A stretch of 64,000 nt of DNA, from positions 58,342,001 through 58,406,000 of the forward strand of contig OZ024745.1 of the NCBI GenBank assembly GCA_964016885.1, given 5' to 3'. Source of the stretch: Eledone cirrhosa. Taxonomy: Eukaryota. Below the pieces are notes generated by a model, which was given only the letters and a program-made list of their open reading frames with translations, was not told the origin of the DNA and made no database searches. Shown here piece after piece: positions 14,230 through 29,234 of the stretch. The first letter of the stretch is position 1. Every line of letters starts with the position of its first letter. A program made the position numbers and the translations under genes.

Positions 14230-14950
14230 AGTTGAGTGACAGTATTCTAAGAAAGGAGTCTGATGGTCTATTTAACCTATACACAGAAGATATTTACAAA
14301 AGTAAATCAACAGGTGTTATGAACATCTTCAGCCTCAGATATAGAAACGAGACTGCTTTGTTAATTTCTAACAGTGGTGACATTTAATATTGACGATACA
14401 GTAAATACGACAAGGTTGTCCAATGAAATGAAAACGTTTGTATAGAAAAACAATAGCAATGGTGATCAGCAAGAAATGATAATCACAAAAATATAACAAT
14501 TGATGTGATAATCAACTGAACCGTCAACTTATAAGTCGGTTAAGCATATAAAAATATTAATATTGATTAAGTTTATGTATGATCATCTTTACTATAAGGA
14601 GCTGAAATATTAACAATAACAAATTCATTATCAAATAGTTTTCCCCGGCGTTTGATATTGGATCATATAAGAGACTTTGGAAAATATCATTGTTAGCAAA
14701 AATTTATAAGCTTTTATGAGACGACATTAAAGAATTACAACTAAAGTATTTTGAACATTTAATTAGAAAAAATGGATAACAGTGACAATTAAAAGAAGTC
14801 AAAATGCATGGGCAAAACGAAAATAGAAAACCAACAATTACATGGCTGTATAATATCCAGGATTTGACATTGTTATAATATAAAATAATATGAAAGATAG
14901 AAATGGTGATCTGTGGTTTTCAATTATAATTGATGATGATACAAATGGAA
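14230..14950 (+). mobile_element. Highly decayed RTE-like LINE RT fragment
   Basis: Remnants of LFNLYTE and (N)LRY(ADD)TAL motifs; many stops. Confidence 0.5.
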
Positions 14951-16953
14951 TTTGACAGAAATTTGGCTACTATTTCAGAGCAGGTCGAGTGACTACTCCC
15001 TTTTTGCAACTAATGTGGGTGTAGTTATTATTATTTCGCTCAAGGTCATCTCTAATCCAATAGCAGCTTGGGCCTTGGTTCTGCATGTATGCAATACTGG
15101 GAACTAGGCAACAACTCCCCACCGCCAACCTACCGAGCCATTTCATGTTGTATTTAATTACAACCAAGTAGACTTGTTCATATAGAGTTAGTTGTCTTGG
15201 TTCTGGACTCACTGCAGCAAACGTAACTTAACACAAAATCTCCCATTACCACCACAACCGTGGTTTGTCTCATATTTTAATGAATCCTTTCACAATTCGC
15301 ATCATGCTGAGTAAAGAAGAATGTACCGTTAGTGCACTGTTTATTATATGTATAATCCCTTGAAGGGCAACACTAATAAACAGTCTCACCACAAAAAGAC
15401 ATTGTTAGAGACCGGCACCGTCTTCTCTACGTGTAATTTACATTTAACTACGTTGTTAACACAATTTCTTATCACCATGACCATCGTCACCATTATCATC
15501 ATCGCTGTCGTTATCGTTTTTGTTGTTGTTAGAAATGGTGACAGTTAAACTGCCTCGCTTGGATTTCTTATTCTTGGCATATGTGCACTATTTTGTTATT
15601 TTAATGTGTGTGTGTCTTTTCTATTTTTTTTTTTCGTATTTTTTGTTGTTGTTGTCACTCTTATTTCATAAAAAAAAACATTTTCTTCGTTTTCTAAGTT
15701 ATCTGTTGACTTCCTTACATACAATTTATTTCGATTTTCGTTTGCTACTCAGTAATTTTCATTTGGTTTTTAATTTAATTTTCCTTGAAAATTATTTTAA
15801 AATGACTTTGACAAGTTTTCATCGAAAATGCTTTATACATTTCACCTTTATATAGCCTTACTCTTAAATGTTATTGCAGTATCACCACAAGTATTTTCAG
15901 CAAGCCAATGACCTACTGTATTGCGCCAATGCCCTAAATACTTGTACATACGCATTTAGGAATTATTCGCATAACGTGAAGCGCTACAGAGTTAGCTATA
16001 CTTTCCATAATTCCTCTCCTAATACATCATGATTCATGTCACTGTAAATCACAATATAAATGGGAGAGGTGGTATGGATATTTATGAAAGCAAATCACTA
16101 GACACAATGTAAACGGCAATACACTCAAATGCATAATACTTATACACGCGTACACACACACACACACATACACATACATACACACACTAATCGTATTATC
16201 TATACTATTATCTCTTCCTGTTCCCTTCCGCACACCTCTCTTTTTGCATGGTAGAATTCATTACTTGATAGTAGTCCCCAACCCCTCGTCAATCAGTTTA
16301 ACATTGCCAGCATCTAGCTCTTGGATGTCAACAGTAGAGTACAGTCTTTTGCAAGCATTTGGGCCAGGTGTTCTACCTGGTGATAGATTCCTCTCTTTCT
16401 CTCTTCCTTCCCCTTTTCATCCTTTCCTCCCACCGGTGACTATAAAAGGTAATGGATGCTATCCTTCCTCTGACTAAGTCATTAAAACAAAATTAAATCA
16501 AAAATACAAAGTCTTAATGTTTACTTTATCTTGTTTAATCAGTCTTTAGTTACTTCTGATGTTTGAAAACAATGGATCTAAGCTAACCCACATTTATATT
16601 ATCAGTATTACTTCGGTAACCCCCTATACTGAGTTCCAATTTTGACGGAGATCAAATTTGACTTTCACTAACAACATGGGGCCTATTGGGTCGTCTATAT
16701 TCCATACTCTCTAAACATTACTAGTATTTCTAGTTTAATTAAAACCTTATCATTTATATTCCGAGATTTTGTATTTCAACGACCACATTATCCAATACGT
16801 TCTACCTATTTGTCAAGCGAGCAGGCTAATATTTGTGAAATATTTCGTTGCTATTTCTTACATATCAAGTCACGGCATAGAGAAACTCACGTTAAGATCA
16901 CTTACGTAATGTTTAATTTATTCTGGTTGTAGTATCGATAAAATTATAGAATA

Positions 16954-17548
16954 CTAGCAGTGGTACCCGGCGTTGCAAGGGATAAGGTATTTTGGAAGGC
17001 GCCAACAGACCTAATCGTGGAAAAACTGCATGCCTGAACAATATGTAAAGAAAATAAACCTAATACTCTGATGGCTGGATAATCTTTAAGATTTTCCTCG
17101 ATGAAGCAGGAAAAATGCAGGTTTTCACCTAATGTGGGCCCTAGGGGATCAAGAAAATTAAATTTTTTTATGTGTATAATATAATATGCCTTGAAATTTA
17201 GGGAAATCCGCTACGCGTAACGCCTTAAGAAAGCCCTAAAAAGCTGAAAAGATGAAGTTTTTCACCTAATGCGGACCCTAGGCAATAAAAAAGTTGAATT
17301 TTCTTTACTCACGGTATGAAGAAAAGACTGACTAGTACATAGTTACAATTTCAAGGAAATCCGGTCTGACGTAACGCCTCAAAATATCCCTAAAAGGCTG
17401 AAAAAACGCAGTTTTTCCCCTAATGCGGACCCTAGGGGATCAAAGAGTTGGATATTTTATGTGCATAACACTCCCAGAAACATAAGTGGTACACATGTAA
17501 AGTTTTTAAAAAATCAGTTGGGTACTTCTCGAGTTTTAGGGATTCAAA

Positions 17549-17641
<93 letters not shown>

Positions 17642-17662
17642 TCCCAGTTTTATATATAGAGA
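16954..17662 (-). mobile_element. Non-autonomous Helitron with internal minisatellite and (CA)n
   Basis: Minus strand starts TC(TCTATATATAAAA) and ends with a CCCTTGCAACGCCGGG hairpin then CTAG; it sits between A and T. Three ~145-bp internal units. Confidence 0.75.
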
Positions 17663-20600
17663 TAACTACTATGGCTTTTTTCCCCGCAATGATATATTTC
17701 ATTAGTAAGACGCAGGTATTATGTATTTCAATCAGTCAAACTAACCATTTCTAGCCTACCGCTTCGTAAAAGCCGTCCTTTTTCTTTTCATGACACAACT
17801 TGAAGTACCCAATTTTTATTTTTTTGTGAGATGTAAACAATTCCATTTATTTCGTTGGCATCTTAAGTTTCTTTTGCGGTATCTTGGAATCCAGTTTGTC
17901 AGCATTTTCGTCCACCTGTTGTCACCTATTTTCTGATCCTATCCAACACAAACTCTAATTCAACGAGTTTATGAACTTGACACTGATATATAGTGCGGTT
18001 TGTTTTCGGATCTATTAGTTGCTTTAAGTCCCTTTCGCATGTTCCAAACGTATTACATTCGTGAACATGTCGAACTGTTCTTGGATGATTTATTAATCTT
18101 TCATCGGGTTTTATATGTTTGTGCCATAAGATTTTATTGGTGCAGCAATATAAATTTCTCAAATCCCATAAAAACGATATAGGCATAGAGATGTAAAAAG
18201 AAACGATAGAAATGGTAAATGGCTCAGAAGCCACTAATTAGAAGACTTTTCAATTAATGCTGAACTGTTGGATAAAAGCAACAATGATAACAGCAAAAAC
18301 ATCAATTGTCCTAAATACACAGAATGAGGAGCTGGACTGATTAAGTTCTGTTTCCAATTAAATCTAAACAACCCACAACCTCAACAATAGTCAAATGTGT
18401 GCTAACATACGTCATATAGTGTGAAGAAAACATGTCAAGAAGTTACATTCATCCTTGCAATTCGAAGGAAAATAACAGGTTTAATGTTTAATCAATATTA
18501 ATCAAATCTCGTCGAAGATTCTCTTAACAATAGTTGCTCTGGTCAAACAACTAAAGAAATCAAATAATTTAAAATGTTAGTAAATTGTAATGGTGAATGT
18601 AATTGTGACTGTACGCACACTTCTTGTAGTGCGCACGTCTGTAAATAGAGAAAGGTTATTTGTCATTATTTTCCCTTATGTATATCTATCCGCCTGGTTG
18701 CATAACACACTTAGCAGACCAGTAGGATTCTGTGTTTAACTGCACATGTTAAACTCAGTATATGAAACGTTGTATGATGATGGAAGGACAAAATGGCCGA
18801 AATGTACATTTAAGCAATAAATACTTTTACATGCATGAAAGTACGTATGAGGACATACAGAGGCAAATTGTTAAACATCAAACATGTTTGTCGAGAAATA
18901 ATCTCACGCGAAAACATTCATACCTACATATATCTACATACGTGTGTGCGTTCTTTATAGCCCAACATATGGCCGTCTGATTTATCATTCTAGTGACGAC
19001 AATGAAACATATATTTACCTTTCATCCTTTCGGCGTTTCGGAGTCAATAAAAAAAGTAACAGCCCAGATGTGATGCTGATTCTTTGCCGTTACAACTGGA
19101 GCCTATTAACCTTGAGACAACGGCAGATGACAAAACGGGCTAACTCTTCAAACGTTCGAGGGGGGGGGGGGTCGCTCATCTGCCGCTCCACGTTTTGTGG
19201 CGCATTCTCCATTGCTAACCTTGTCCCTTTTTTCCATAAACACGAGAGCTACTGCTCTCAATGCAGAAGAACAGAAATAATTAAGTGTTTATCATTGACA
19301 GAAACATTCTTTTCTGTTGAAACCTCCAATGTCCTCTGTTCTCAAAATTCCACTCTCCTTAATTTTGAGGAAGGTGTTGCGTTTGAAGAAGGAAGTGTGT
19401 GGGTTAGAATGGCTGATATTCTTCGCGGAAAAACAATTGCCATTTTATTACTGGGATATAGATGAAACAATTTAATCAACAGAAAATTTAGAATGTGTTT
19501 TATATTGGCTTGTTGTGTATGTATATTTGTATACATGCTTATTGGATTCGTAAGATCTATATTTCTATATATACGTATACGAGGGCATATTTATTTATAC
19601 GGAAATATATAAAATGTTTATAAATATTTATTAATTTTCCTTTCTGTAAAAAAAATACAAAATATTCATTATGATATTTTCTGAATTTGGAAAATTAATT
19701 GTTCTGTCTGTTGCAAACAAATTTCCTTATAATTTTTTTTTATGTTTGACAAAAAAATAGTTAACAAACTTTTCGTGAGCAATACGCATTTTTATTTTAG
19801 CAATTTTTATTTTTATATGATATTAATTTTGTTTTCTCTAAGCACAAAATTGTAACTATAATCTTATTTTAATCTGTTTTTAATTTGAAAAATTTACTTT
19901 CATTTTCTGAAAAATACAATATTTTCATTAACTGTATTTAATCATTTAAGTGAAAAACAAAAAAACATAATTTTCATTTGAGGGAAATATGAAATTTTTA
20001 TTATAGAATTTTTTAAATTTCTAATTAGCAAAGCTAATTTTACTTTTTGTAAAAGTTAGAATTTTCATTAAAAATTATAACCTTTTTGTAATTTATTAAT
20101 ATTTTCCTCGCAATAATTTAACCTGCATTATGTATATTTTAATTAAAACTAATGTAATTCTGTAGTGTATAGTTATTTAATAAATATTACGGACAAAATA
20201 TATATACATACATAGAAATATACAATAACACAACAGGCATTGTTATATTAAATGTAACGAATATATGAGAGTTGGATAAACTATGTTCCTATGACAAGTG
20301 AAAACATATTTTTATTTTAAAACATTCAAAAGAAAACGCTGGAATAAATAAACAAAATAAATAGCAGGAGCTACTGTTTAAGAATTGAATGAAGATATTT
20401 AGCTTTAATTATGAGAATATAATTTTTTCAATTAAATTGTCCATAATAACAACAGTAACAACAACAATAACAACGACGATGATAATAATAACAACAGCTT
20501 TGGCTTTGAGGGATTGCTTCTTATGGGAAAGCATTTAATTGTTTGGCTGCAACATAGAAGAATTCGGCTTAAGGTGGCTCCCCGTCTGTAAATTCATTGG

Positions 20601-20899
20601 GGACATTAACGGCATTTTTAATGGATTGTGTGGATTCACAACAATAAGCACTTGAAAAGCAAGAAAGCAGTTGTTTCATATGTTGGCGTAGAGGTGGGTA
20701 TTCAACGGCAATTTTCCATACTTCAACTAGAACTCTCTTGATATCAAATTGATATTAAAGTGCTGTCATTTGAGATCTCAATCAATTACATCTGTTGTTC
20801 TTTACGTGTCCTGGAAACATCAATAACCGAGGTTGAAATGTTAATTTCTTGGTTATACTACATTTTTCAAATCTGAGCCTTATAGTGCATCCAACAAGC

Positions 20900-21035
20900 A
20901 GTGAGTTGATAGGCTCGTTAGAAGGTAGGGCAAATTGCTTTACTATATTTATGGCTCTCTACGCTCTGGGTTCAAATCTCGCCGTGGTCAACTTTGTGTT
21001 TCATCATTTCCATGTCTTCTAATTATTATTATAAT
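20900..21035 (+). mobile_element. Old diverged tRNA-derived SINE
   Basis: B-box GGTTCAAATCT followed by a GGTCAACTTTG..TTTCATC core and an (ATT)n tail. Confidence 0.55.
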
Positions 21036-21039
21036 TATT

Positions 21040-21600
21040 CTCTCACTTATTCCTGAGAAGGTCATGGAGGGGGGGGGGGCAGAATCCTCAAACACTCCTT
21101 CCAGCGAGTCCTGTTAGAAGCAAGGGTTTCTTGCTGGCTCCACAAGCGAGATCAGCCGAGCTCATAGATGGTATACAACCATCTTGCTCGTGGTATTCTC
21201 ATGAGTCTCCTGTCGATTGGTTTTGCCCATAAAATCTGTCCAGTGATTGGAGCTGTGATCTCTCAATTCGGAAAAGTATTGGCTCTAACTGGAGCGACTC
21301 TCTGATATCCGAGCTACGCACTCTATCGAGTAATGTTACTCCAAAGACCCTTCGGTGGAACCACATCTCGGCCGGTTGTATTTGCGATCGTATTCTTTCG
21401 GTCATTACCCAAAATTCATGGCTTTTAAACCTACCTCTCTTCTCTTGATGACCGAATGCTGAAGTTGGCGCATTACTGCACAAACTCTGCAATTCTTGCA
21501 ATTAATTCTACCTCCTGCCTTCCATCACTCGTAAATATGGCCCCGAGATACTTCAAGTTCTTTACCTGATTCAGTGGAACTCTATTCACATGTAGAATGC
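21040..21600 (-). mobile_element. RTE-clade LINE 3' ORF fragment
   Basis: WVMTERIRSQIQPAEMWFHRRVFGVTLLDRVRSSDIRESLQLEPILFRIERSQL, typical of the post-RT region of RTE. Confidence 0.8.
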
Positions 21601-22052
21601 ACTACGCATTGTAGATTTAATTTATCACCCAGTTTAACAACAACCTCATACTCATGGATGCATTTAGCAAACTCCATTTTCGTGTAAACATTCGTGTGAG
21701 AAATCCGGTTTGGGGATATGTTCCTTCTTCCGAATAGTCTTGAAGGTTCTGAAAGGATTCGTAGGCACTGTCTTCCCTCCCTGTCAAAACCTAGACATTT
21801 CCTCTCCGAGGTACAAACCGGGCCAACGTGTTTATGTGACAGACTAGCAATCACCCATGCACACCAATCACCCCTCTCCATATCACCGATGTCATCCAAG
21901 GGAAAGGCTAAGGCCAATGCATCTTGGTAACATGAAATAAAGTGTATCACCCGGTCCGGGAATCGAACTCATTACATGATTGTGAATCCAACTTTCTGAC
22001 TACTAAATCACGCACCATCGGACACACAAACTTTATATATATAACTATTATA

Positions 22053-22138
<86 letters not shown>

Positions 22139-22189
22139 CATTCGTGTGTGTGTTTGTGTGTGTGTGGATGTGTGTGTATATATGTTAAA

Positions 22190-22625
22190 CCACTGGGAGT
22201 GAAGGACCCCTAGCATTTTTCAGGGCATTCTTCTAGGAGAAGGCAACTCAGAAAACTGGGATAACTCCGATATAAAACCTGCGGCTCAGTAGTTACCGCT
22301 GATGTTGATCTTGTCTTCTTTTCAGGTTATAGCTACTGTCGCTCAGAGAGTGGGATTGGCTCAGTGCACAGTCTTTCCTCACTTTAAAAAATATTTTCAC
22401 GCACAGTCATTGCACGATAGAATTAATTAATAATTATTAATAATGGTATATCGTGCAATGGCCATACTCGATAACCAGGGACCAGCCATCATATATATAT
22501 GATCACCTTGACCGAACAGTCTGTCGGGCACCATTCGGCGCCGCTGCCGCTGGTCACAGCACGTGCTGTTTTAGCCATACGATGACGCCATCCCATATAT
22601 ATATATATGCGATGACGCCATCCCA
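22190..22625. mobile_element. RTE 5'UTR-like piece (+) and RTE 3'-end-like piece (-) arranged tail-to-tail
   Basis: CTAGGAGAAGG...TTTCCTCACTTTAAAA motif shared with the element at 38765-39370; inverted CATTGCACGATA around an AT-rich tail. Confidence 0.55.
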
Positions 22626-22729
22626 TATATATATATATAGTAATAATAATAAATTTGAAGACTAAAATCGGTGAAAGCAGCGATTCTTTGCTTAAACTTT
22701 AATCTGTTATTTTAATATATATATATATA

Positions 22730-23269
22730 TAACGAAGGAAGTGTGGTAAGGAACCAGATGGACCATAACGCACCAGAGTACTCAATACTTAGGGTAGTAG
22801 AGTGGGTAATATGAAAATGTTTAACCCCGACGGCAAAGCTCAAGCCGTTTCGACGGCTATTTCTGGACTGAAATATATTAAACTAAATATATTAATCAAT
22901 TCAAAAACATGTATTTTTGGAGAATTGTTTCGATTAATGCAGATAAATCTACAATTAAACCATAATAAACGATAGATAATTGCATTATTGATGTAATAAA
23001 CATAATGATTATCCATCAATTTATCTACTTAATCTCATCAGGAAAAACAACTAATTAAATTTTATATATAACACTTAAGTGGATACTTCCATTATATATA
23101 TATATAGCGAAGGAAATGTGGTAAGGAACCAGATGGACCATAACGCACCAAAGTACTCAATACTTAGGGTAGTAGAGTGGGTAATAGGAACGAGTAGGAC
23201 CCCGACGGCTGAGCTCAAGCCGTTTCGACGGCTAATTGTGGACTTTTAGCCGTCGGGGTCCTACTCGTT

Positions 23270-23274
<5 letters not shown>
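22730..23274 (-). mobile_element. Two copies of a short (TA)n-embedded Penelope-like repeat (family X) flanking a hammerhead-bearing segment; further copies at 25145-25189, 26330-26468, 56479-56681
   Basis: Recurring AACGAAGGA..TGTGGTAAGGAACCAGATGGACC...CCCCGACGGC.GAGCTCAAGCCGTTTCGACGGCTA with inverted end pieces. Confidence 0.7.
22913..23047 (-). ncRNA. Type I hammerhead ribozyme with ~100-nt stem II (slightly decayed)
   Basis: Minus strand: tttttc CTGATGA gattaagtagataaat...atttatctgcattaatc GAAA caattc TC caaaaa. Confidence 0.65.
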
Positions 23275-23304
<30 letters not shown>

Positions 23305-23393
23305 TTGTGTGTGTGTATGTGTGTGTGTGTGTGTACGCGTGTGTGCGTGCGTGTGTATAAATATATATGTATAAATATATATATATAAATATA

Positions 23394-23446
<53 letters not shown>

Positions 23447-23447
23447 G

Positions 23448-23703
23448 TCCCAAAAGTCAGCTCAAAAGTGACACAGAGGAGACTGGGGTTAGCTGGACAT
23501 GCTCACCGACATCCAGAGTTGACATTGCACTCAGTGCTCCTGTGGGAACCCCTACATGGACACACTAGAAGAGGAAGACCAATGTTGATGCCCTAAGGAC
23601 AGACACTGGTCTGTTGGAAACGCAGGACATGGCAGCGATAATGAGGGACAGAGACCGCTGGAGAGAACTCGTCCATGGATCTCGGGAATTTTACCCGCCC
23701 TAG
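23448..23703 (+). mobile_element. LINE 3' end (RTE-like ORF C-terminus); second copy at 45928-46201 (-)
   Basis: [23 protein letters not shown]...WEPLHGH..RGRP...DRDRWRELV. Confidence 0.8.
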
Positions 23704-23704
23704 A

Positions 23705-23751
<47 letters not shown>

Positions 23752-23756
23752 TAATA

Positions 23757-25140
23757 TATCCCAGTTTTCAAAAGGTCCCTTGCAGGGACCTCTCATATCA
23801 TTAAAGTATTTGAGAGGGTGGTGAGATCACGAATAACTCACTTTCTTGAGAGCAACAATCTGCTGAACACCAACCAGTATGGGTTCCGTATGATGACATA
23901 TTAAGAGCTTTGGGAGAGGGCTCCAACACTATGCCATCCACCTTGATCTCAGCCAAGTCTGACAGGGTTAATCACAAAATTCTACTGAAAAACAAATATT
24001 CGACATTGGTGTCTCTGCAATGGATCAAGTATTTCCTGGCAGAGCCATATGTTGTGGTTGAAGGAGTACAATCAAGCCCAGAAAAAGTCAGTAGTGGCGT
24101 TCCACAAGGCACTGTGTTTGGCCCACTTCTTTTCATTATCTATATCAATGTCATTACTGACGTCATCAAGCACAGCAACATAATCATCTTTGCAGATGAT
24201 TCAAAGTTCCAGACGTGGGTAACCGGACATGCCTTTGATCAGATTTACTTGCTATTATCAAATGGGCGGACAAAAACAATATGCAGTTAAACGAGGATAA
24301 ATTCGAATTAATCCACTTTGGAAAAGATGATGCACGGAAACTCTTATATTCCCTTCCTTCAGGTGAAATTCTCTGGGACTTGGGAGTAATTGTTGATAAC
24401 AACATAAGCTGGGTCATTCATCTAAACAGCAAAGTTGACATGGCCTGCAGAATATGTTCCTGGATTCTCAGAACTTTCCAGTCGAGTGATATCCACACCA
24501 TTATCCTTCTCTTCTCTTCCTTTACCCGACCCCACCTTGAATACTGTTGTCCACTGTAGTCTCCCCACACGAAACAACGTATTATTAAAATTGAAGCCCC
24601 TCAAAGGACAATCACAAAATCAATAGACGGCATGACAGGCCTTGACAATTGGGCTCGAAAAGAAAAGCTCAGACCCTATTCTCTCCAACGCCGCCGTGAA
24701 TGTTACTTTATCTGCATGATGTAGAAAATATTCCATTAGCATTGCCCAATGATGTTGGCATCACATTTAAGGTACACCCAATGCTTGGGTCCCGTGCTAT
24801 CCGCCCACAACAAAAATCAACATTATGGCACAATTATTTGAGCTCAATTGGCTCCGCTCTCGTTAATATTACAATAAAACTTATTAAAATAGATATAGAT
24901 CCCATAAATTTTTTTAAGTCTTTGGACAAATTCCACGAAGAAATCCCGGATAAACCTCATACACTCGGATATGTCTCTGTAAACAATAACTCTCTACTTG
25001 AGTGGGCCATGGTGTCCAAATCCTGATTTGAAAGACTTTGTCAGGTGGGGGGTGCAGGGGGGGGGGGGGGGCTATTAGGTTAGACATTAAGTTACACATG
25101 GCCTGGGCCAACACTGGCCGAAACCTATCAAGGTTAAATT
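23757..25140 (+). mobile_element. Decayed CR1-clade LINE (RT to 3' end)
   Basis: SSGVPQGTVFGPLLFIIYIN, FADD, DLGVIVDNNISW, RPHLEYCCPL; frameshifted. Confidence 0.9.
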
Positions 25141-25409
25141 ATATATAGGAAAAGAGTCAGGACCCCGACGGCTGAGCTCCGGCCGTTTCATATATATATA
25201 TATATATATCCATTTCATTGAGGCTAAAATAACGATCCTTGTTACTATAGAGTTTGGTGAGAAGCAGGTGAAACACCAGAGTAACAAGACTCACTATCTA
25301 TCCTTAATAAAATGAGTATATAAGCTCTACTTCAGTGTTGAGTACTCTTTTCTCTCGGCAGTTTTGTTCTTTGCAAGATTCCTTCTTTAAAAACGTGTAT
25401 TGAAACAAA

Positions 25410-25467
<58 letters not shown>

Positions 25468-25964
25468 AATTAGTATATCTAGTAACATATATATACACAG
25501 ATGCATACTTATGCTAGCAAATATATCTAGTAACATATATATATGTTACTAGATATACTAATTCTTTATAATTATCTCCAAATTATTTGTCGAGCAAAAA
25601 TTGGCCAAAACTGCTACTTTAGTAACAGTCCGGCTGCTGTCTTCTTAACAAAACACTCTTCACTGATTGACCTCGATGTCACGTGATTGATTCTTTTGAA
25701 TTTGCCACCGACGCAGTAGGCAGTGATTTTCTCAATGGCTTGGAATTTAGTCCACGCTTTGCTTTTTTCCATCCACTGAATTATTTTTGATAAGTTCCCT
25801 GTGTCCACGTATTGCCTGGAAACTTAGCTGAGAATAGACTTCTCTGATGACGAAAGGCTTCTCTGTACGTTTCTTCGGAAAGTATGTTTATTCCCTTTCA
25901 GAAACTAATTAGTTGGAGTGAAATTTTAGTAAGTAAGTTAATTTTATAATTTTCTTATTTTACG

Positions 25965-26070
<106 letters not shown>

Positions 26071-26183
26071 TTGTTAAACAATATTCAATGATTATGTCAA
26101 AGAATGAGTTTTACAGTAGATTGGATTAAATCTTGATTAAATCTTAACCATTTAACATCTCAGGGTATGTCATGTATCATTAT

Positions 26184-26236
26184 ATTTTGTCTGATGAGGA
26201 CGTACTGTTGTACATCCGAAATATGTATAATAAAAT
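26184..26236 (+). ncRNA. Minimal type I hammerhead ribozyme
   Basis: attttgt CTGATGA ggacgtac-tgtt-gtacatcc GAAA tatgta TA ataaaat. Confidence 0.8.
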
Positions 26237-26274
26237 GTAATTGATCAAAAGAACACCTATTTTATTAATACTTA

Positions 26275-26331
<57 letters not shown>

Positions 26332-26774
26332 CGAAGGAAATGTGGTAAGGAACCAGGTGGGCCATAATAAATATATATCCATATACGAGGATAAACATTT
26401 TCATTTAGTCCAGAATTAGCCGTCGAAACGGCTTGAGCTCAGCTGTCGGGGTCCTACTCGTTCCTATATATATATATATACTTGCTTTTGTTGTTGTTTT
26501 CTTGTATGTAATAGTTTACGTTATCCATTATTTCCTACCAGTTTCTGATTTGGTTGCTGTTTCTGCAGTGCCGAGTGACCACATGTAGATGTCCCGCGTT
26601 GATAGCTATGCGTGGCTATACTGACATAAATATATGTAACATTTTTTATATGCTTATAACTTTTGTTTTATGTATGCGTGTATATGTATATAGATGTCTG
26701 TGTGTATACATTCAAAGCTCTCTCATAAATATATGTATATAAGTGTGTGTGTGTGTGTGTGTATGTGTGTATGT

Positions 26775-26874
<100 letters not shown>

Positions 26875-26989
26875 GCGTACAGTGAAGGAGAGAGAGAGGG
26901 GAAGAGAGATAGTTAGATAAATAGATAGGTGGATAGATATAGACAGAGGTAAATAAATAAATATACATACACACATATGTATATGTGTG

Positions 26990-27101
<112 letters not shown>

Positions 27102-27797
27102 GATGGATGGTTACAGTGACATGTAAATATACATATATATATAAACTATGTTTCTCTTTAAGTATTTGCCAGATGTTTTTATTTGTTGCTCTTTTTTTCA
27201 TTTTTGTATTCTGTTTTTGTTTTTGGGAGCAGGTGCGGTGGCTGTTCTAGTATTAGCATGCTTGTGTAAGTGGGTGTGTTTGAGATTGGAATATGTTTTT
27301 CAGTTTGAATGTCAGCTCTAGTGAGTTTAGTTCCTCTACTCCTTCTCTGTATCTATCTATCTCTATTTCTCTCTTTCTCTTTATCTATACATCTCTATCT
27401 ATATATTCCCCCTTTGTCGGCTAGTGGCGATATAAAGATGTCTCTCTTGGATCCGGACCAAACTAGACCAACAATGTTACGCTATTGAAGTCACGTGGTA
27501 ATACCTAATTTATAAAAAGACTACAAACTCTGGTATCCCCCCTAGTAGTAATAATATAATCGCCTTGTTAACTAACACACAGAAAGAGAGGCAAGACATT
27601 TTTATTACAAATAATAATCTTAGGAATATCAAGATATGATAAGGATGCGGAAGAAGAGGATGACAATAACAAAAATAACAAAAATATAAATTACAACCAT
27701 AACAACAACTGAATCTATGTTACTTGAATGAGAAGAAAACAAAAAAATACAAGGAGTTTACATAATAACCACTTCTAAGGTAAGAATATATATGAGC

Positions 27798-27889
<92 letters not shown>

Positions 27890-27972
27890 TATATGTATAT
27901 ATATATGTATTATGTATGTATGTATATATGTATATATATATATATATATATATGTATGCATGTATATATGTA

Positions 27973-28015
<43 letters not shown>

Positions 28016-28061
28016 TATGTATATATATATATATATATACATAATACATACATACATATAT

Positions 28062-28108
28062 ATTCCTGATGATTTCTAATGAATGAAACAGTTCTAGTCC
28101 TGTAGAAT
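28062..28108 (+). ncRNA. Type I hammerhead with true stem III, in a short element 28062-28195
   Basis: attc CTGATGA tttc-taat-gaat GAAA cag-ttctagtc-ctg TA gaat. Confidence 0.7.
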
Positions 28109-28192
28109 CTCATCTATATTAAAACTATTATACTCTGCTATGTATTGAGTACCTTACTTACTGTGGTTACCTCCGATTCAACCCGGAATAAC

Positions 28193-28265
<73 letters not shown>

Positions 28266-28314
28266 TATATATATGTATATCTATGTATGTGTGTTTGTAT
28301 GTATATGTATATAT

Positions 28315-28725
28315 GGTGGCTGCCAACTCGTTTTCGAGTACGGCCACTACTTTATATCCATGTAGGAGAACCCCTACCGATGCGCTGAACGAGTGTGACT
28401 TTTTAGTCCAGCCAGCGACTTGAAAACTCTGGTACCAACACTACACTTGTGACAATTATTGACACATAGTGCTGGGCCCATGCTACCATGTGACGACAAG
28501 TGCAGAGAGATCTCCAGATATAAAGCAATGCCTGTGCTGTGAAGCTTTTATAGTGAGCAAAGGCACTGCACAAAGCCAGTCCCACTCTCTTAACCAAGAT
28601 TATATTTACCAAAAAGAAGAACAAGTCAACATCATTGGATACCATCAGGGTTGCAGGTGTTATATCAGAGTTTTCCTTCTCCTAGAATTCTGCCTTGACA
28701 AAGGCTAAGGGGTCATCTCTCCCGG
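28315..28725 (-). mobile_element. 5'-truncated bipartite RTE-derived element (family Y)
   Basis: Near-identical to 38765-39175. Confidence 0.85.
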
Positions 28726-28784
28726 ATGCATATATATGTATATATATATGCATATATACATGTATATGCATATATACATGTATA

Positions 28785-28824
<40 letters not shown>

Positions 28825-28873
28825 GACATATATTATGTAACTGTCCATACACACACACACATATATGTATATA

Positions 28874-28911
<38 letters not shown>

Positions 28912-28918
28912 TACATAC

Positions 28919-29006
<88 letters not shown>

Positions 29007-29234
29007 ACAGTTACATAATATATGTCTCTGTGTGTTATTATATGCATGTATCTATGTCTATGTTATTGTTTGGAAAATAAGGCGAGGTTCAGAAAGAAAT
29101 CTAATAAGGGTGAGGGAAAGGGAGGCAGATATGACTATTGAAGAGGAAAGAGAAGCACTAACTTACTTAATGCACTTTCCTTCTTATATCTTTAACTATC
29201 GTGAATATAGAGAAATATCCCTTGATAATTGATA

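Noticed and set aside
18944-19465. 173-aa ORF in unique sequence
   Set aside because: GTG start, no recognisable domain and no convincing splice signals.
25840-25895. Further hammerhead-like cores (also 32045-32076, 48245-48280, 54066-54112, 56775-56830)
   Set aside because: Core nucleotides or stem I are disrupted; probably decayed relics, so not called as ribozymes.
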